A stretch of DNA of 64,000 nucleotides from Magallana gigas (taxonomy: Eukaryota). Of this stretch, positions 1 through 11,939 are shown one piece after another. The notes beneath the pieces are model-generated. The model ran no database searches and was not told where the DNA came from. It worked only from the letters and a program-made list of their open reading frames with translations. The first letter of the stretch is position 1. Every line of letters begins with the position of its first letter. The DNA lies in NCBI RefSeq assembly GCF_963853765.1, contig NC_088858.1, positions 33,666,001 to 33,730,000 on the forward strand, in the 5' to 3' direction. The position numbers and the translations under genes were made by a program.

Positions 1-580
1 ATATTACAAAACATTTCTCAGTAAAGTGCTATGGAAGACAGACTTTAGAGCCCTTTTGGCCCCTAAATTGAAGGGCCAGCCCCTTTTTCTTGGCATCATA
101 CGAAAGTTCTTTTGATATTAAACATATTTTGTTCAACAAGTGTTTAGAAATTCTTTGCCGTTTAAGAGCTATCTGGGATAGGACATTTTAGGGGCCGACC
201 CCTCATCTCCTTATTGGGGCCAGATAACGAAAATTTTATGATTGAATATTGTTTAAAACAGCATTCTAAGCATCTTTTATTCTATATTGCTTTTCAAAAT
301 ATTTGTCCTTTTTGAGATATATTCGATCGAAATTTTGGATTTTTGGCCCCTTAAAACCCCTAATTACGTAATGCATAATAAAAAATTTATAATGTATAGT
401 TTTATTAGTAAAAGATGAACATTTTTGCTTCTTAAACATATTACAAAATATTTCTCAGTAAAGTGCTATGGGAGAAAGACTTTAGAGCCCTTTTGGCCCC
501 TTATTTGAGGGACCAGCCCCTTTTTCTTTTTATCAAACGGAAGATCTTGTAAATATAAATTTTATTTGCTCTATATGTTG
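1..580. repeat. About 437-bp tandem (satellite-like) repeat, roughly 1.3 copies visible
   Basis: atattacaaa..tttctcagtaaagtgctatgg...gactttagagcccttttggcccc occurs at 1 and again at 438. Confidence 0.65.
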
Positions 581-978
581 TTGTAAAATATTTTCAGGAA
601 AGGAGATAAAGAACAAAATCCATTAAAAATTACGTCGTTTTTTTAAACTCGATTTTCGGGTCCAGGCGAGCTTCAACGCCTTTGAAGCCAGACAACCACA
701 AATGCCTTTAAACACATCTACAATCTTTTGTCTACAATCCCTGAAAATTTAAATTCAATATCTTTTTTCGTTTAGGAGGAGATAGCAGGACAAAATGACC
801 CTCTAAAAATCACTAAAAGGTCAATATCTCCCGAACGGAAATGACGTCATCAAAATAAAAAATTATATATAAGGTTTTTATCAATATCTACAAGATCTGA
901 AATTTTCACGAAAATCGGTCCAGTCGTTTTCAAAAAATCGCTTGTACAAAAAAGCGTAAGAAAAAAAAAAATAATAAA

Positions 979-997
979 AGGGAAAAAGAAACAAAGC

Positions 998-1056
<59 letters not shown>

Positions 1057-1069
1057 GAAGAATAACAAG

Positions 1070-1119
<50 letters not shown>

Positions 1120-1132
1120 GAAGAATAACAAG

Positions 1133-1163
<31 letters not shown>
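979..1163. repeat. 3 x 63-bp tandem repeat, each unit carrying a perfect 13-bp hairpin
   Basis: Units start at 979, 1042 and 1105; units 2 and 3 are essentially identical. This explains the repetitive ORFs 850..1305 and 930..1367. Confidence 0.92.
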
Positions 1164-1840
1164 ATATAATAAGATGGTATGTGAAATTTGAGAAAAAGAT
1201 ATTATGCGCAATAGTGAAAAATTGATAAGGCCTTTTTTCCTGAAGTAAATTATTTTCTTGACAGCCTGTTCCCCATTCAAGGAAAAGAAAAAGAATGGAA
1301 GACAATATATCCGTGAGATATCAGGACTTACAGGTAAGCTACATGTGTCAATTTTATCATAACTCACTGAAAAGAATGTAGATTTGGTTAAACGAAAATT
1401 AATTTTTGATTCTCATGCCAAATTAAAAAAGAAATGTAACAAACAGGTGCCGGTATTTCATTTTTATTGCAAGATAAAAGGAAACACCTCACTTTTCATA
1501 TTTTGACTTGAAATTAAATTTCAGTTGTTCCCCTTTCCAATAATATTTATCATACAAGAACCATACATTAGGATATTTGGCCTTTGAGCACATGCATTTT
1601 GTATTCCTTTGAATATTGTGTCCTCTTCCTCATCACCAACCTGTTCTCTGAGTGTAAATGATCATCATTCCTACTTTTCACTTACGTTTTATAGATTTTT
1701 AACTTCAACTGTAATTGACATTAATTTACATGTTGTATAGAAATGAACTTGTTTTGTTGTTTTGATTTTGACAGAATATGGATGTAGCGGACATTGACGA
1801 AAGAATCCACATGCTAAGAGAGTCTTTGAGAAGGAAAGCT

Positions 1841-1952
1841 ATGAACAGAGTATAATGGAATGAACTGAGTATAATGGAACGAACCGAGTATAACGGAATG
1901 AATCGAGTATTACAGAAAGAACCAAGTTTTACGGAACGGACTGGTTATAACA
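1841..1952. repeat. 19-bp minisatellite (gaaccgagtataacggaat), ~6 copies; paralogous ~4-copy array at 6540-6610
   Basis: Degenerate tandem units read directly from both duplicated units. Confidence 0.7.
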
Positions 1953-2016
1953 TAGGAGTAATGTTACGGTGACAGAGCCTAGTACTGTTCTGTGTACCAG
2001 AAACATAAGAAGTACA

Positions 2017-2200
2017 ACTATTTTAACAACAGCTTGGACTTTTGGTAGTTGTGTCAAACATCATTGTTGGCCACTCAGCCATGGCTCTTTTGAATGTAAC
2101 TTTTAAGCAAAGGTATATTTCACTATTAAATCAGCGTCATCTTTAACTTGTTTTGATGTTACATCCTACTGAAAGTGCTAGGCTTTGAAAAAATGTTTCT
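2017..2200 (-). mobile_element. Degenerate copy of the ~255-bp MITE family (paralog at ~6678-6872)
   Basis: Reverse complement of the element at 4849-5104 (e.g. ttttaacaacagcttggactttggtagttgtgtcaaaca). Confidence 0.5.
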
Positions 2201-2352
2201 ATATGTTATGTGCATCTACATTTATATAGAAATGTGATTTTCATTATGAAACATACATTAGATTAAAACATTGTCAAAGTCAAACAGATGATTGATCATT
2301 TTTGAAAATTCATTTTTTAGGAATAGAAAACAACATAAACACAACAAAATCT

Positions 2353-2358
2353 TTTATT
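2353..2358 (-). terminator. Probable poly(A) signal of lectin A (paralog at 7032-7037 for B)
   Basis: tttatt on + (AATAAA on -) about 55 nt after the stop, conserved in both copies. Confidence 0.55.
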
Positions 2359-2410
2359 TCGAAATTTTTTTTTATAAAATCGAATTTCCTTCAGTGTCAC
2401 TTTGATAGGT

Positions 2411-5400
2411 CTATCCTATGACTGTATCCGTCTCAACTAAGCTGAAAAAAGAATGTTAATTCTTTACAAGTAATAACTGTGTGTGTTGCTGATACATGTA
2501 ATGAAATTTGCCATGTTTTACACATCCAAGAATAATGTATGACAATATACAGAATGTAGCACACTAATACCTTAAGAGAACAGCACAAAGTTCATGGCTG
2601 AATACATTTTGGTACAGAGAATTGTTTCACCACACAACACATTTTGTTATAAAATGAGGACTTATAATAAAATATTTGAATTCTAATCAAAATACGACAT
2701 TGATTATACACTGTGTGTAAAGAGCCTCGCATGGAGCTTTGTCTGTTCACGAAGCTTCATGTGAAAATCAATTGAAATTCACATGAAGCACAATTGCCTG
2801 TATAAAAATTTTTGTATCAACTTAACATATCCTTCCTTAACCTTTTTGTGTTTTCTATAACATTACTCATACAAAGGCTTGCTTATCCTGCATACCCGGC
2901 CTCACAGAGGAAGTTATTCATGACCTCACAGCTCTCGTCGTTCCAGTTGTAGTTCTCGTGATGGAGGAGGTCCATGCAGTCCTCGCCCCTTCCTTTAGAG
3001 TTGGGCTCCCCGGGGAACCACTTCTGGTAGTCATCAGTGGCGATGGCCTTACCCGTGGTTGTCCAGATCCACTCACCCTCTACAAGGGCGTCTGTCCCGT
3101 CGATCCAACAGCCATCTGGCAAACCTTCGTTTCCACACGTACATGAATTTTAAAATAATTGATAATTTAGAAGGTATGTACATGTAGGCTGTAAATAGTG
3201 ATAGAAAGAACAAAATGCCCCATGGGCTTACAGACCGCATCGCTTACCAGAATAACATACTTTTCTATGCAAAATTAGATTAATTTATTTAAAATAAGAT
3301 GCAGTTTTAATTTGCTTGGGCTGCTTCTGGTCGGAAAGAAATTCAACATGCCTGATGGTCGAAACGATATGCCCCATGTGCTTAGAGGCCGGATCGCTCA
3401 CCTGGGTAACGATGTTAAATTAATCCTAAATATGTCCATGCAAAATAAGATGCAGGTTAAAATTATTGAGACTGGTTCTTGTCGGAAAGAAATATTTTAT
3501 TAACATGCCGATTCCAATGCTACATGTGACGTTATTACTATAGCTGTGTTTGGAAAGCTGTAGAGAGTGGTAAATGAAGTCATGCCTGGTTACCTGCGTG
3601 ATATTCTCGACGTAGCAGTCCTTCAACAAAGTTCTGTTCTCTTTGGGTCTCAATAATGGCAAGGTGTGACTTGAATAACTGACAGTAGAGCTAAAAAATA
3701 CAATGAATAATTTCTCTTTGCTCTTAGTTTCCAAAGAACTTTCCCTATTTGTATAAATAGCTCCTTGAAAACGCGTTGTAATGAATTTGATCTGTCGTAT
3801 GATCAGACACTAGAAACGGATTTTGAAAAAAGTGAACAAAACCACATTAGAGTTTATGATTTTAGAGGGAGTGACATAGTTGATGGTCAATTTGTTGAGT
3901 CTAAATACGACAAAGAACGTTGTACTATTTTTCATAAGGGAATGTGGATGGGTGTAAGACAATTTCTTCCGTACAATAATCAAATATTCATATTTTACAT
4001 GTAAAAGTGTTTTTGTATTCGTAATGGGGGCTGGGGTGGTAACTTTTATTTTTCTAAATGATATTATGACAAAAAAGTCAAGGCATGAATGCAAAGGAGA
4101 GGGTTCATTAGTTTTCTGACGCAGCACGTCTCAGCAGGTACAGGTTCTTGCCGATGTATACTTGTATAATGTCTTTTATTTCTTCAATAGCATCAATACA
4201 AATATGAATGAACGTCAATATTTATTTTTTATACCCCCTCCCCCCGCCTCCAGCCACATCTCTGCATTCTAGCGATCAGAAACCCTTGACTTGGAAAGAT
4301 GTCTAGCCATTTGGAATGTGTAATAATTAGTTTCAATCGTCAAGTGTATGGACACTTTCCATTATCTCCACGTAACTTGTATAATAGTTATACCTACCAT
4401 GGCCTCCGCCCACGTTGCTCTTGTTGAGTGAAAGAACTTGTAACAGGAGTCATCGTGCTGAAGAAACCCGTTCGGACATCCGACGGCGTTTACTGAAATG
4501 TCGGTTCAAGCATTTAATGCGACTTAGACACGATCTGAGCTCAAAATTTCAAATTTCATTTTTCCAATATGTAGTATTCAAAACGGTAGATATTTGTACA
4601 TGTATTTCCAATAATTCGTCAAAGGTTAAATATTGAATTACAAGCAAGATACAGAGTTCGAAATTCTTTGTTATGGAAACAAAGCTTGTTATTGTTTACA
4701 CATAAATATGCGGTATTAGTTTCAATATAATGTTACTTTTTGTTGATAATAATACGTGTACATGTATTACTTATGGAGACTTTGAATCAGCTGATCTTGT
4801 TGGCACGAGTCATTTTGTAAAAAAAAAAAAACGTGGTTATTTCTGTACTTAAAACCATTTAACAAGACCTTGGACTTTCAGGTGGGCGTATAGCTATATA
4901 TTCTTTGTGTCAAAATAAGTTATAAATGACGCGGTTTCAAGCGAAATATGCATCGATTGCGTAATCGTGGCTCAAAAGCCAGACAAATTTTGTTGATTTC
5001 AAAGAGCCATGGCAGAGTGGCTAGCAATGAAATAGACAGGCCTAAGTCACATTACTGTTTGACACAACTACCCAAAGTCGAAGCTCTTGTTAAAATGGTT
5101 CTAATATTTTTTGAAAAAAAAATATAAGACTCGAGCTTTGTTTACTTAAGTTAAAAAGTTCACAGGGATATGAACCTGGTTGGTACGTGATCAAGTCTTC
5201 TGAGAAGTCTATCCCGGTGAACTTTATAACACTACTGTTTATTACTTATTTTTACGTTTGAGAAAGGCAAATCGTTTAGGATTATCATAATATAACCGTG
5301 TTTTATGGTTTGCAATAGTGCAACCGTCAAAAGATAAGCAGGTGCAGGTATCATTGTAACACCATGAAAAAGTTCACACAGAATTAAACGTGTTCGATTT

Positions 5401-6251
5401 TGTATAAGTTCATACCCCGGTATATATAGTATCTTGCTTGTAACTTGACGTCTACCATTCAAACTTTTGTCAATCATTCAGAATGCACAAGTAAACAATT
5501 TTAAACATAAAACAAATTAAAATTTTGATTTTCAAATTATAGCTCTGTATAGGCCTGTTAAAGAGTTTTTTTTGGAAAAGAGAGACAACTATTACAAAGA
5601 CGTTAGCGTTAACGTTGGTCATTTGCAAGTTTTGATCTGCGCATTCATCAAATTTTTGTTTGAGTAAAAAAATTTGGGTTTTTTTTAAATTGAAAAGTCA
5701 TCCGTTTATTATCAGACATGTACTACACTTCTCCATCCGGTTTCAGTTTTTAAATACTGGTGTTACAGACCTTAGAATCGTTAATCTTTTGGAAAGGACA
5801 GTATACCGAAAAAAAACCCCCAAAATGTTAATTAACTTCAAAAGATTTTAACACAAACACCAGGTGTTATGTTATAAAACATAATTATTTCAAAGGAGAA
5901 AAAGTTCGTCGAACATTACCGAGGGATGAAAACATAATTACACGTTAAAACTTTCTATTGACTATTTTACTAATACAGTACATCTGTTCTTTGGAAACGA
6001 TCTTGCATAACATTCTGCAATTAACCCATTAAATATTGACTATTTGAACTTTGTATATACTTACGTTACATGATAATTTTATGAAATATTTAAGACATTT
6101 TAGGAAGAAGGCATTATTTCAAATACCCCTCCCCCAATTGTATACTTTTCTTGACACCCCCCTCCCCCCAATCATTTTGAGCAGGAAAGAGGATTTTACC
6201 TGAAGCAATGGAAAGCCATAGAGCCAAACCGCAAAACCAGAGAGCACTCAT
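2411..6251 (-). CDS. Secreted C-type lectin, perlucin-like (copy A), 5 exons, 167 aa
   Basis: Exons 6200-6251, 4398-4492, 3594-3690, 2896-3124, 2411-2441 (504 nt, all GT-AG). Translation: MSALWFCGLALWLSIASVNAVGCPNGFLQHDDSCYKFFHSTRATWAEAMLYCQLFKSHLAIIET...WIDGTD...EPN...EDC...WND..C...FLCEAGLVETDTVIG*. Signal peptide, six CTLD cysteines plus one extra Cys before WIDG, EPN and WND motifs. Confidence 0.9.
3210..3510 (-). repeat. Two degenerate ~154-bp tandem units resembling HINE 3' ends, in lectin intron 3 (paralog ~7890-8190)
   Basis: gccccatg...atcgct(t/c)acc at 3217 and 3371 resembles the reverse complement of the HINE end ggtgagcgatgtggccc at 15366. Confidence 0.4.
4849..5104 (+). mobile_element. 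~255-bp MITE with ~28-bp TIRs
   Basis: aaccatttaacaagaccttggacttt ... aaagtcgaagctcttgttaaaatggttctaa. Related copies at 9525-10693 (interrupted), 52370-52626 and 61362-61620. Confidence 0.75.
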
Positions 6252-7089
6252 TTTCACGGTACGTCCGAGTTTTTGGTAATCGACATTTATTAAGACCTCC
6301 TTGACACGCACAGATAAGAACAAAAATTCTATTGCACCAATTCTCTGAGTGTGAATGATCATGATTTTTACTTTTCACGTACGTTTTAAAGATTTTTAAC
6401 TTCAATATGGAATTGACATTAATTTACATGTGGTATAGAAATGAACTTGTTTCTTGTTTTGATTTTGACAGAATATGGATGTAGCGGACATTGACGAAAG
6501 AATCCACATGCTGAGAGAGTCTTTGAGAAGGAAAGCTATGAACCGAGTATAAAGGAATGATCCGAGTATAACGGAATGAACCGAGTATAACGGAATGAAC
6601 TGGTTATAACATAGGAGTAATGTTACGGTGACAGAGCCCAGTACTGTTCAGTGTACCAGTTACATTAGTAGTACAACTATTTTAACAACAGCTTGGACTT
6701 TGGTTCGTTGTGTTAAACATCATTGTGACATAGGCCTGCCTATTTCATTGGTCTTTGAATTTAACTTTTGAACAAAGGTATGTTTCACTAAAAACCAGCG
6801 TTATTTTAACTTGTTTTGACGCAAGAAAAAGATAGTTACATCCTACTGAAAATCCAAGGTCTTGTTAAAATATTTTTATATGTTATGTGCATCTACATGT
6901 ATATAGAAATGTGATTTTCATTATGAAACATACATTTATATAAAAAAAATTGTCAAAGCCAAACAGATGATTGATCATTTTTGAAAATTCATGTTTTAGG
7001 AATAGAAAACAACAAAGACACAACAAAATCTTTTATTTCGAAAAAAAGTTTTTATAATGTGAATTTCCTTCAGTGTCACTTTGATAGGT

Positions 7090-10000
7090 CTATCCTATGA
7101 CTGTATCCGTCTCAACTAAGCTGAAACAAGAATGTTAATTCTGTACAAGTAATAACTGTGTTAAATTTAAATGAAACTTGCCATGTTTTACACATGCATC
7201 AAAGAATAATGTGTAAGTTTTAAAAAATAATAAGGTACAGAATGTAGCACACTAATACCTTAAGAGAACAGCACAAAGTTCATGGCTGAATACATTTTAG
7301 TGCAGAGTATTGTTTCACCACACAACACATTTTGTTGTAAAATGAGGACTTATAATAAAATATTTGAATTCTAATCAAAATACGACATTGATTATACACT
7401 GTGTGTAAAGAGCCTCGCATGGACCTTTGTCTGTACATGAAGCTTCATGTGAAAATCAATTGAAATTCACAGGAAGCACAATTGCCTGTATAAAACATTT
7501 TGTATCAACTTAACATATCCTTCCTTAACCTTTTTGTGTTTTCTATAACATTACTCATACAAAGGCTTGCTTATCCTGCATACCTTGCCTCACAGAGGAA
7601 GTTATTCATGACCTCACAGCTCTCGTCGCTCCAGTTGTAGTTCTCGTGATGGAGGAGGCCCATGCAGTCCTCGCCCCTCCCATTAGAGTTGGGCTCCCCG
7701 GGGAACCACTTCTGGTAGTCATCAGTGGCGATGGCCTTACCCGTGGTTGTCCAGATCCACTCGCCTTCTACAAGGGCGTCTGTCCCGTCGATCCAACAGC
7801 CATCTGGCAAACCTTCGTTTCCACACGTACATGAATTTTAAAATAATTGATAATTTATAAGGTATGTAGGCTGTAAATAGTGATAGAAAGAACAAAATGC
7901 CCCATGGGCTTACATACCGCATCGCTTACCAGGGTAACATACTTTTCTATACAAAATTAAATTAATTAATTTAAAATAAGATACAGATTAATTTGCTTAG
8001 GCTGCTTCTGGTCGGAAAGAAATTCAACATGCCTGATGGTCGAAACGATATGCCCCATGTGCTTAGAGGCCAGATCGCTCACCTGGGTAACAATGTTAAA
8101 TTAATCCTAAATATGTCCATGCAAAATAAGATGCAGGTTGAATTTACTGGGATTGGTTCTTGTTGGACAGAAATAATTTATTAACATGCTGATTCCAATG
8201 CTACATGTGACGTTATTACTATAGCTGTAGAAAGTGGTAAATTAAGGTGATAATGGAGGGTCATGCCTGGTTACCTGTCTGATAGTCTCGACGTAGCAGT
8301 CCTTCAACAAAGTTCTGTTCTCTTTGGGTCTCAATAACGGCAAGGTGTGACTTGAATAACTGACAGTAGAGCTAAAAAATACAATGAATAATTTCTCTTT
8401 GCTCTTAGTTTCCAAAGAATTTTCCCTATTTGTATAAATAGCTCCTTGAGAACGCGTTATCTCATCTTAGTTGGAATGAATTTGATCTGTCGTAAGTTCA
8501 AACACTAGAAACGGATTTTGAAAAAAGTGAACAAAACCACATTAGAGTTTATGATTTTAGAGGACATCTAAAATTTGGAATGACATAGTTGATTGTCAAT
8601 TTGTTAAGTCTAAATACGACAAAGAACGTTGTACTATTTTTCATAAGGGAATGTGGACGAGTGTAAGACCTTATTTTCCTTACAATAATCAAATATTCAT
8701 AATTTACATGTAAAAGTGTTTTTGTATTCGTAATGGGGGCTAGGGTGGTAACTTTTATTTTTCTAAATGATATTGTGACAAAAAAGTCTAGGCATGAATG
8801 CAAAGGAGAGGGTTCCTTAGTTTTCTGATGCAACACGTCTCAACTGGTACAGGTTTCTGCCGATGTATACTTGTATAATGTCTTTTATTTCTTCTATAGC
8901 ATCAATACAAATATGAATGAACGTCAATATTTATTTTTTATACCCCCCTTCCCCCCGATCCAGCCACATCTCTGCATTCTAGCCATTTGGAATGTGTAAT
9001 ATTTAGTTTCGATCGTCAAGTGTATGGGCACTTTTCATTATCTCCATGTAACTTGTATAATAGTTATACCTACCATGGCCTCCGCCCACGTTGCTCTTGT
9101 TGAGTGAAAGAACTTGTAACAGGAGTCATCGTGCTGAAGAAACCCGTTCGGACATCCGACGGCGTTTACTGAAATGTCGGTTCAAGCATTTAATGCGACT
9201 TAGACACGATCTGAGCTCAAATTTTCAAATTTCATTTTTCCAATATGTAGTATTCAAAACGGTAGATATTTGTACATGTATTATCAATAATTCGTCAAAG
9301 GTCAAATATTGAATTACAAGCAAGATACAGGGTTTGAAATTCTTTGTTATGGAAACAAAGTTCGAGTCTTGTTATTGTTTACACATAAATATGCGGTATT
9401 AGTTTCAATATAATGTTGCTTTTTGTTGATAATGATACGTGTACTTGTATTACTTATGGACACCTTTGAATCAGCTGATCTTGTTGGCACGAGTTATTTT
9501 GTAAGAAAAGTGTTATTTCTGTACTTACAACCGTATAGCTATCTATTCCTTGTGTCAAAATAAGTTAACAAGAAATCTTATTGACGCAAGCGTCAAATGG
9601 GCCGCAAAAAATATAATTGTTGTATGAATCATTGATTGTTTACATAAAAACACACCACAAAGAAGAAAATTAGAGTTGGTTGTACTACTTTGGTAAATGT
9701 TAATATACTTTCAGCAACTTGTTTTGAAGTTTAACATTTTACTATTATCATTTTACTGTAAGCTTTTCTAACGGAAATTGTTTGATCATTGCCATAGTAT
9801 GAAGTAATGGAGAACACATTGATTTGTACATTACTCTAATACAAAGTTCAACTCATCATTTGAAATTTCTGGTGGAGATTATGTATTTTTAACCATTTTG
9901 TGGGGTTTTTTTGTTGTTGCATTGTATTGAATGTAAACTTAATGCATTAGTTTAATATATAATTTCTAGGGACCTCATATTAAAATAAAAATGGATTACT

Positions 10001-11840
10001 TCAAATTTTCCAGTCAATTCAAATTTTCATTTCTGTCATATTCTTGCGTAAATAATTGATATAATGTCATTCCATGATATTTTCTACCAAAATTTTACAT
10101 GGAAATATAATAAATACAAACGCAAAGTCATTTTATTTGACACGGCACATAGAAATTCAAATACATGTATATCATTTATATAAAATTTAATGACATTCAG
10201 GTCTTTAGTATTTCAGGTCTTTAGTATGTCCCGCATACCGATTTTAACAGAATGAAGAACTCCGAAATTTTCCGAATAGATTATAGTCTCGATAAAAACG
10301 CGCCAAATACGACAATCTGCTAAGTATGACCTACTTTTCATTTCCGAGTATAAACAAAAATATGTGATATTTTCTAAAAGGCATAAAACATATTTCTACA
10401 TGCAAATTTACCTTTAATTCATAAAAATAAGCATAGTATTAATTCTACTAAAAAAGAACTATCCCGCAGAAACGCAGTAACAATATTTAAATGTGTATCA
10501 AATAACGGACCGCCTTCCGGCGGCCCGTAAAAATGTATGCATCGATTGCGTAGTCGTAGCTCAAAAGCCAGACAAATTTTGTTGATTCCAAAGAGCCATG
10601 ACAGAGTGGCTAGCAATGAAATAGACAGGCCTAAGTCACATTACTGTTTGACACAACTACTCAAAGTCAAGGCTCTTCTTAAAATGGTTCTAACATTATT
10701 TGTAAATAAATATAGGACTCGAGCTTTGTTTACTCAAGTTTAAAAGTTCACAGGAATATGAACTTGGTTAGTACGTAATCAAGTAGTTCTGAGAAGTCTA
10801 TCCCGGTGAACTTTGTAACAATGCTGTTTATTACTTATTTTTACGTTTGAGAAAGGCAAATCGTTTAGGATTATTATAATATAACCGTGTTTTTAGGTTT
10901 GCAGTAATGCAACTGTCAAAAGATAAACAGGTGCAGTATTCATTGTAACACCATGTAAAAAGTTCACACAGAATTAAACGTGTTCGATTTTGTATAAGTT
11001 CATACCCCGGTATATATAGTATCTTGCTTGTAACTTGACGTCTACCATTCAAACTTTTGTCAATCATTCAGAATGCATAAACATAAAACAAATTAAAATT
11101 TTGATTTTCAAATTATAGCTCTGTATAGGCCTGTTAAAGAGGGTTTTTTTTGGAAAAGAGAGACAACTCTTACAAGGACGTTAACGTTAACGTTGGTCAT
11201 TTGCAAGTTTTGATCTGCGCATTTATCAAATTTTTGTTTGAGTAAAAAAATTTGGGTTTTTTTTTAATTGAAAAGTCGTTTATAATCAGACATGTACTAC
11301 ACTTCTCCATCCGGTTTCAGTTTTTAAATACTGGTGTTACAGACCTTAGAATCGTTAATCTTTTGGAAAGGACAGTATACCGAACCCCCCCCCCCCAAAA
11401 AAAAAAAAAAAAAAAATCCTCATTAACTCCAAAAGATTTTAACACAAACACCAGGTGTTATGTTATAAAACATAATTATCTTAAAGGGGGAAAAGTTCTT
11501 CGAACATTACCGAGGGATGAAAACATAATTATACGTTAAAACTTTCTATTGACTATTTTACTTATACAGTACATCTGTTCTTTGTAAACGATTTAGTATA
11601 CCATTCTGCAATTAACCCATCGGATATTGACTTTTTGAACATGTATATACTTACGTTACATGATAATTTTATAAAATATTTAAGACATTTTAGGAAGAAG
11701 GCATTATTTCATATACCCTTCCCCCAAGTGTATACTTTTCTTGACACCCCCCCCCCCAAATCATTTTGAGCAGGAACGAGGATTTTACCTGAAGCAATGG
11801 AAACCCATAGAGCCAAACCGCAAAACCAGAGAGCACTCAT
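7090..11840 (-). CDS. Secreted C-type lectin, perlucin-like (copy B), 5 exons, 167 aa
   Basis: Exons 11789-11840, 9074-9168, 8275-8371, 7584-7812, 7090-7120 (504 nt, GT-AG). Same structure as copy A, but WND is WSD. Confidence 0.9.
9567..10532 (-). mobile_element. HINE/Helentron-type element (~970 bp) nested in a MITE in lectin B intron 1
   Basis: On the minus strand: 5' T-tract plus hairpin acgggccgcc-ggaa-ggcggtccgt; 3' subterminal gcggccc, hairpin ttgacgc-tt-gcgtcaa, and terminal cttgtt. Absent from the paralogous site in unit A. Confidence 0.7.
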
Positions 11841-11939
11841 TATCACCGTACGTCCGAGTTTTTGGTAATCGACATTTATTAAGACCTCCTTGACACGCAG
11901 AGATAAGAACAAAAATTCTATTGCACCAATTCTATCGCA
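11841..11939. promoter_or_regulatory. 99-bp interval between divergent lectin ATGs; candidate bidirectional promoter or overlapping 5' UTRs
   Basis: ATG of B (cat at 11838-11840) and ATG of C (11940). Contains atttattaag, AGATAA (11901-11906) and CCAAT (11926-11930). Confidence 0.45.

Larger units (their letters stand above)
1..1165 (-). mobile_element. Helentron/HINE-like non-autonomous element, cut by the window edge
   Basis: Right end is a 13-bp-stem hairpin (aaggtcttccgtt-gga-aacggaagacctt) next to an A-rich tract, which reads as a T-rich 5' end plus palindrome on the minus strand. Internal tandem repeats are present. This matches the layout of oyster HINEs. Confidence 0.55.
1644..11933. 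repeat. Tandem segmental duplication: unit A 1644-6340, unit B 6341-11933
   Basis: Colinear high identity across exons, introns and flanks (e.g. 1644 ttctctgagtgt vs 6341 ttctctgagtgt; 6301-6344 vs 11890-11933). B carries an extra ~970-bp insertion. Confidence 0.9.

Noticed and set aside
979-1163. CRISPR-like array of palindromic repeats
   Set aside because: The spacers are near-identical rather than unique, there are no cas genes, and the context is a spliced eukaryotic genome.
850-1367. Long ORFs 850..1305 and 930..1367
   Set aside because: They stay open only because of the 63-bp repeat and low-complexity A/T tracts; no protein-like content.
2883-3122. ORFs 2883..3122 and 7571..7810 as complete small genes
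   Set aside because: They are exon 4 of spliced lectins; the TTG start is internal and a GT donor precedes the apparent stop.
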